Source: Iphione sp. A-MEVVRFRX5 (lineage: Eukaryota). Taken from it: DNA of 64,000 nt. Location of the stretch: the NCBI GenBank assembly GCA_976226885.1, contig OZ320314.1:103540001-103604000 (forward strand). The letters are read 5' to 3'. Below the pieces are notes generated by a model that was given only the letters and a program-made list of their open reading frames with translations, was not told the origin of the DNA and made no database searches. Both the position numbers and the translations under genes were made by a program. Positions within the stretch are counted from its first letter, which is position 1. Each line of letters opens with the position of its first letter. Positions 63,844 through 64,000 of the stretch are shown here, piece after piece.

Positions 63844-64000
63844 CTAGGAATCAAAGAAAAAGGAGGACAAAGGTAAGGCATTTGGAAGTTTGACCAGTCT
63901 CGGGAAAACGCATCCACAAACAGCGCTCCCGGGTCCGGATGCCAACTAGCATACAACGGAACTTTGTTGTTTAAACGAGACGCAAACAAATCAATGTCTG
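63639..64000 (-). CDS. C-terminal part of DIRS pol ORF (DAM-methyltransferase-like domain following RT/RNase H)
   Basis: DIDLFASRLNNK, VDAFSRDW, Y..PPFSLIPRCIAKL, LLVPAWPHRAWF are characteristic DIRS motifs. It overlaps the YR ORF in another frame. Confidence 0.85.
   Translation of the reverse strand, partial: DIDLFASRLNNKVPLYASWHPDPGALFVDAFSRDWSNFQMPYLCPPFSLIPRCIAKLVQDRPKAAILLVPAWPHRAWFSRVLQLARAPPLQFRKSRFNTLDHLGRPSSLGAIKVMALLC

Larger units (their letters stand above)
62317..64000 (-). mobile_element. DIRS-type tyrosine-recombinase retrotransposon (3' part) in a DNAJA3 intron, same orientation as the gene
   Basis: Overlapping MT/RNaseH-end ORF and YR ORF followed by an ICR / right ITR / right-extension arrangement. 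Complementarity ends at a T-run near 62317. Confidence 0.93.

Noticed and set aside
1-64000. tRNA, rRNA, CRISPR arrays or prokaryotic operons
   Set aside because: No cloverleaf with A/B boxes, rRNA-like blocks or repeat-spacer arrays were seen; the DNA is spliceosomal-intron eukaryotic.

Overview
Eukaryotic, intron-rich genomic DNA from an invertebrate animal. The moderate GC content, frequent TACATGTA palindromes and transposon repertoire are compatible with amphioxus (Branchiostoma) or a similar marine invertebrate; the taxon is inferred, not proven. Two protein-coding genes could be rebuilt exon by exon on the minus strand. (1) inturned/INTU (PDZ plus Longin domains, CPLANE ciliogenesis): 14 frame-consistent exons between 202 and 8133, continuing off the left edge, with its probable first coding exon about 24 kb upstream at 32255-32400. 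(2) The 3' half of mitochondrial DnaJ DNAJA3/Tid1: 7 exons, 58014-62121. A DIRS-type tyrosine-recombinase retrotransposon with an intact YR ORF and a recognisable ICR/right-end structure sits in a DNAJA3 intron at the right edge. The rest is introns and intergenic DNA containing a degenerate internally deleted DIRS, a Penelope-like remnant with a hammerhead-ribozyme-like motif, two LINE 3' fragments, several MITEs, a piggyBac-like element, a HINE/pearl-like element, mini- and microsatellites, and a 214-nt assembly gap. The most striking unexplained pattern is a series of ATG-initiated candidate exons upstream of INTU exon 2, including a 524-codon acidic one, that all end in phase-2 donors matching that exon's phase-2 acceptor. 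This suggests a variable-first-exon architecture. All splice models are predictions from sequence only.
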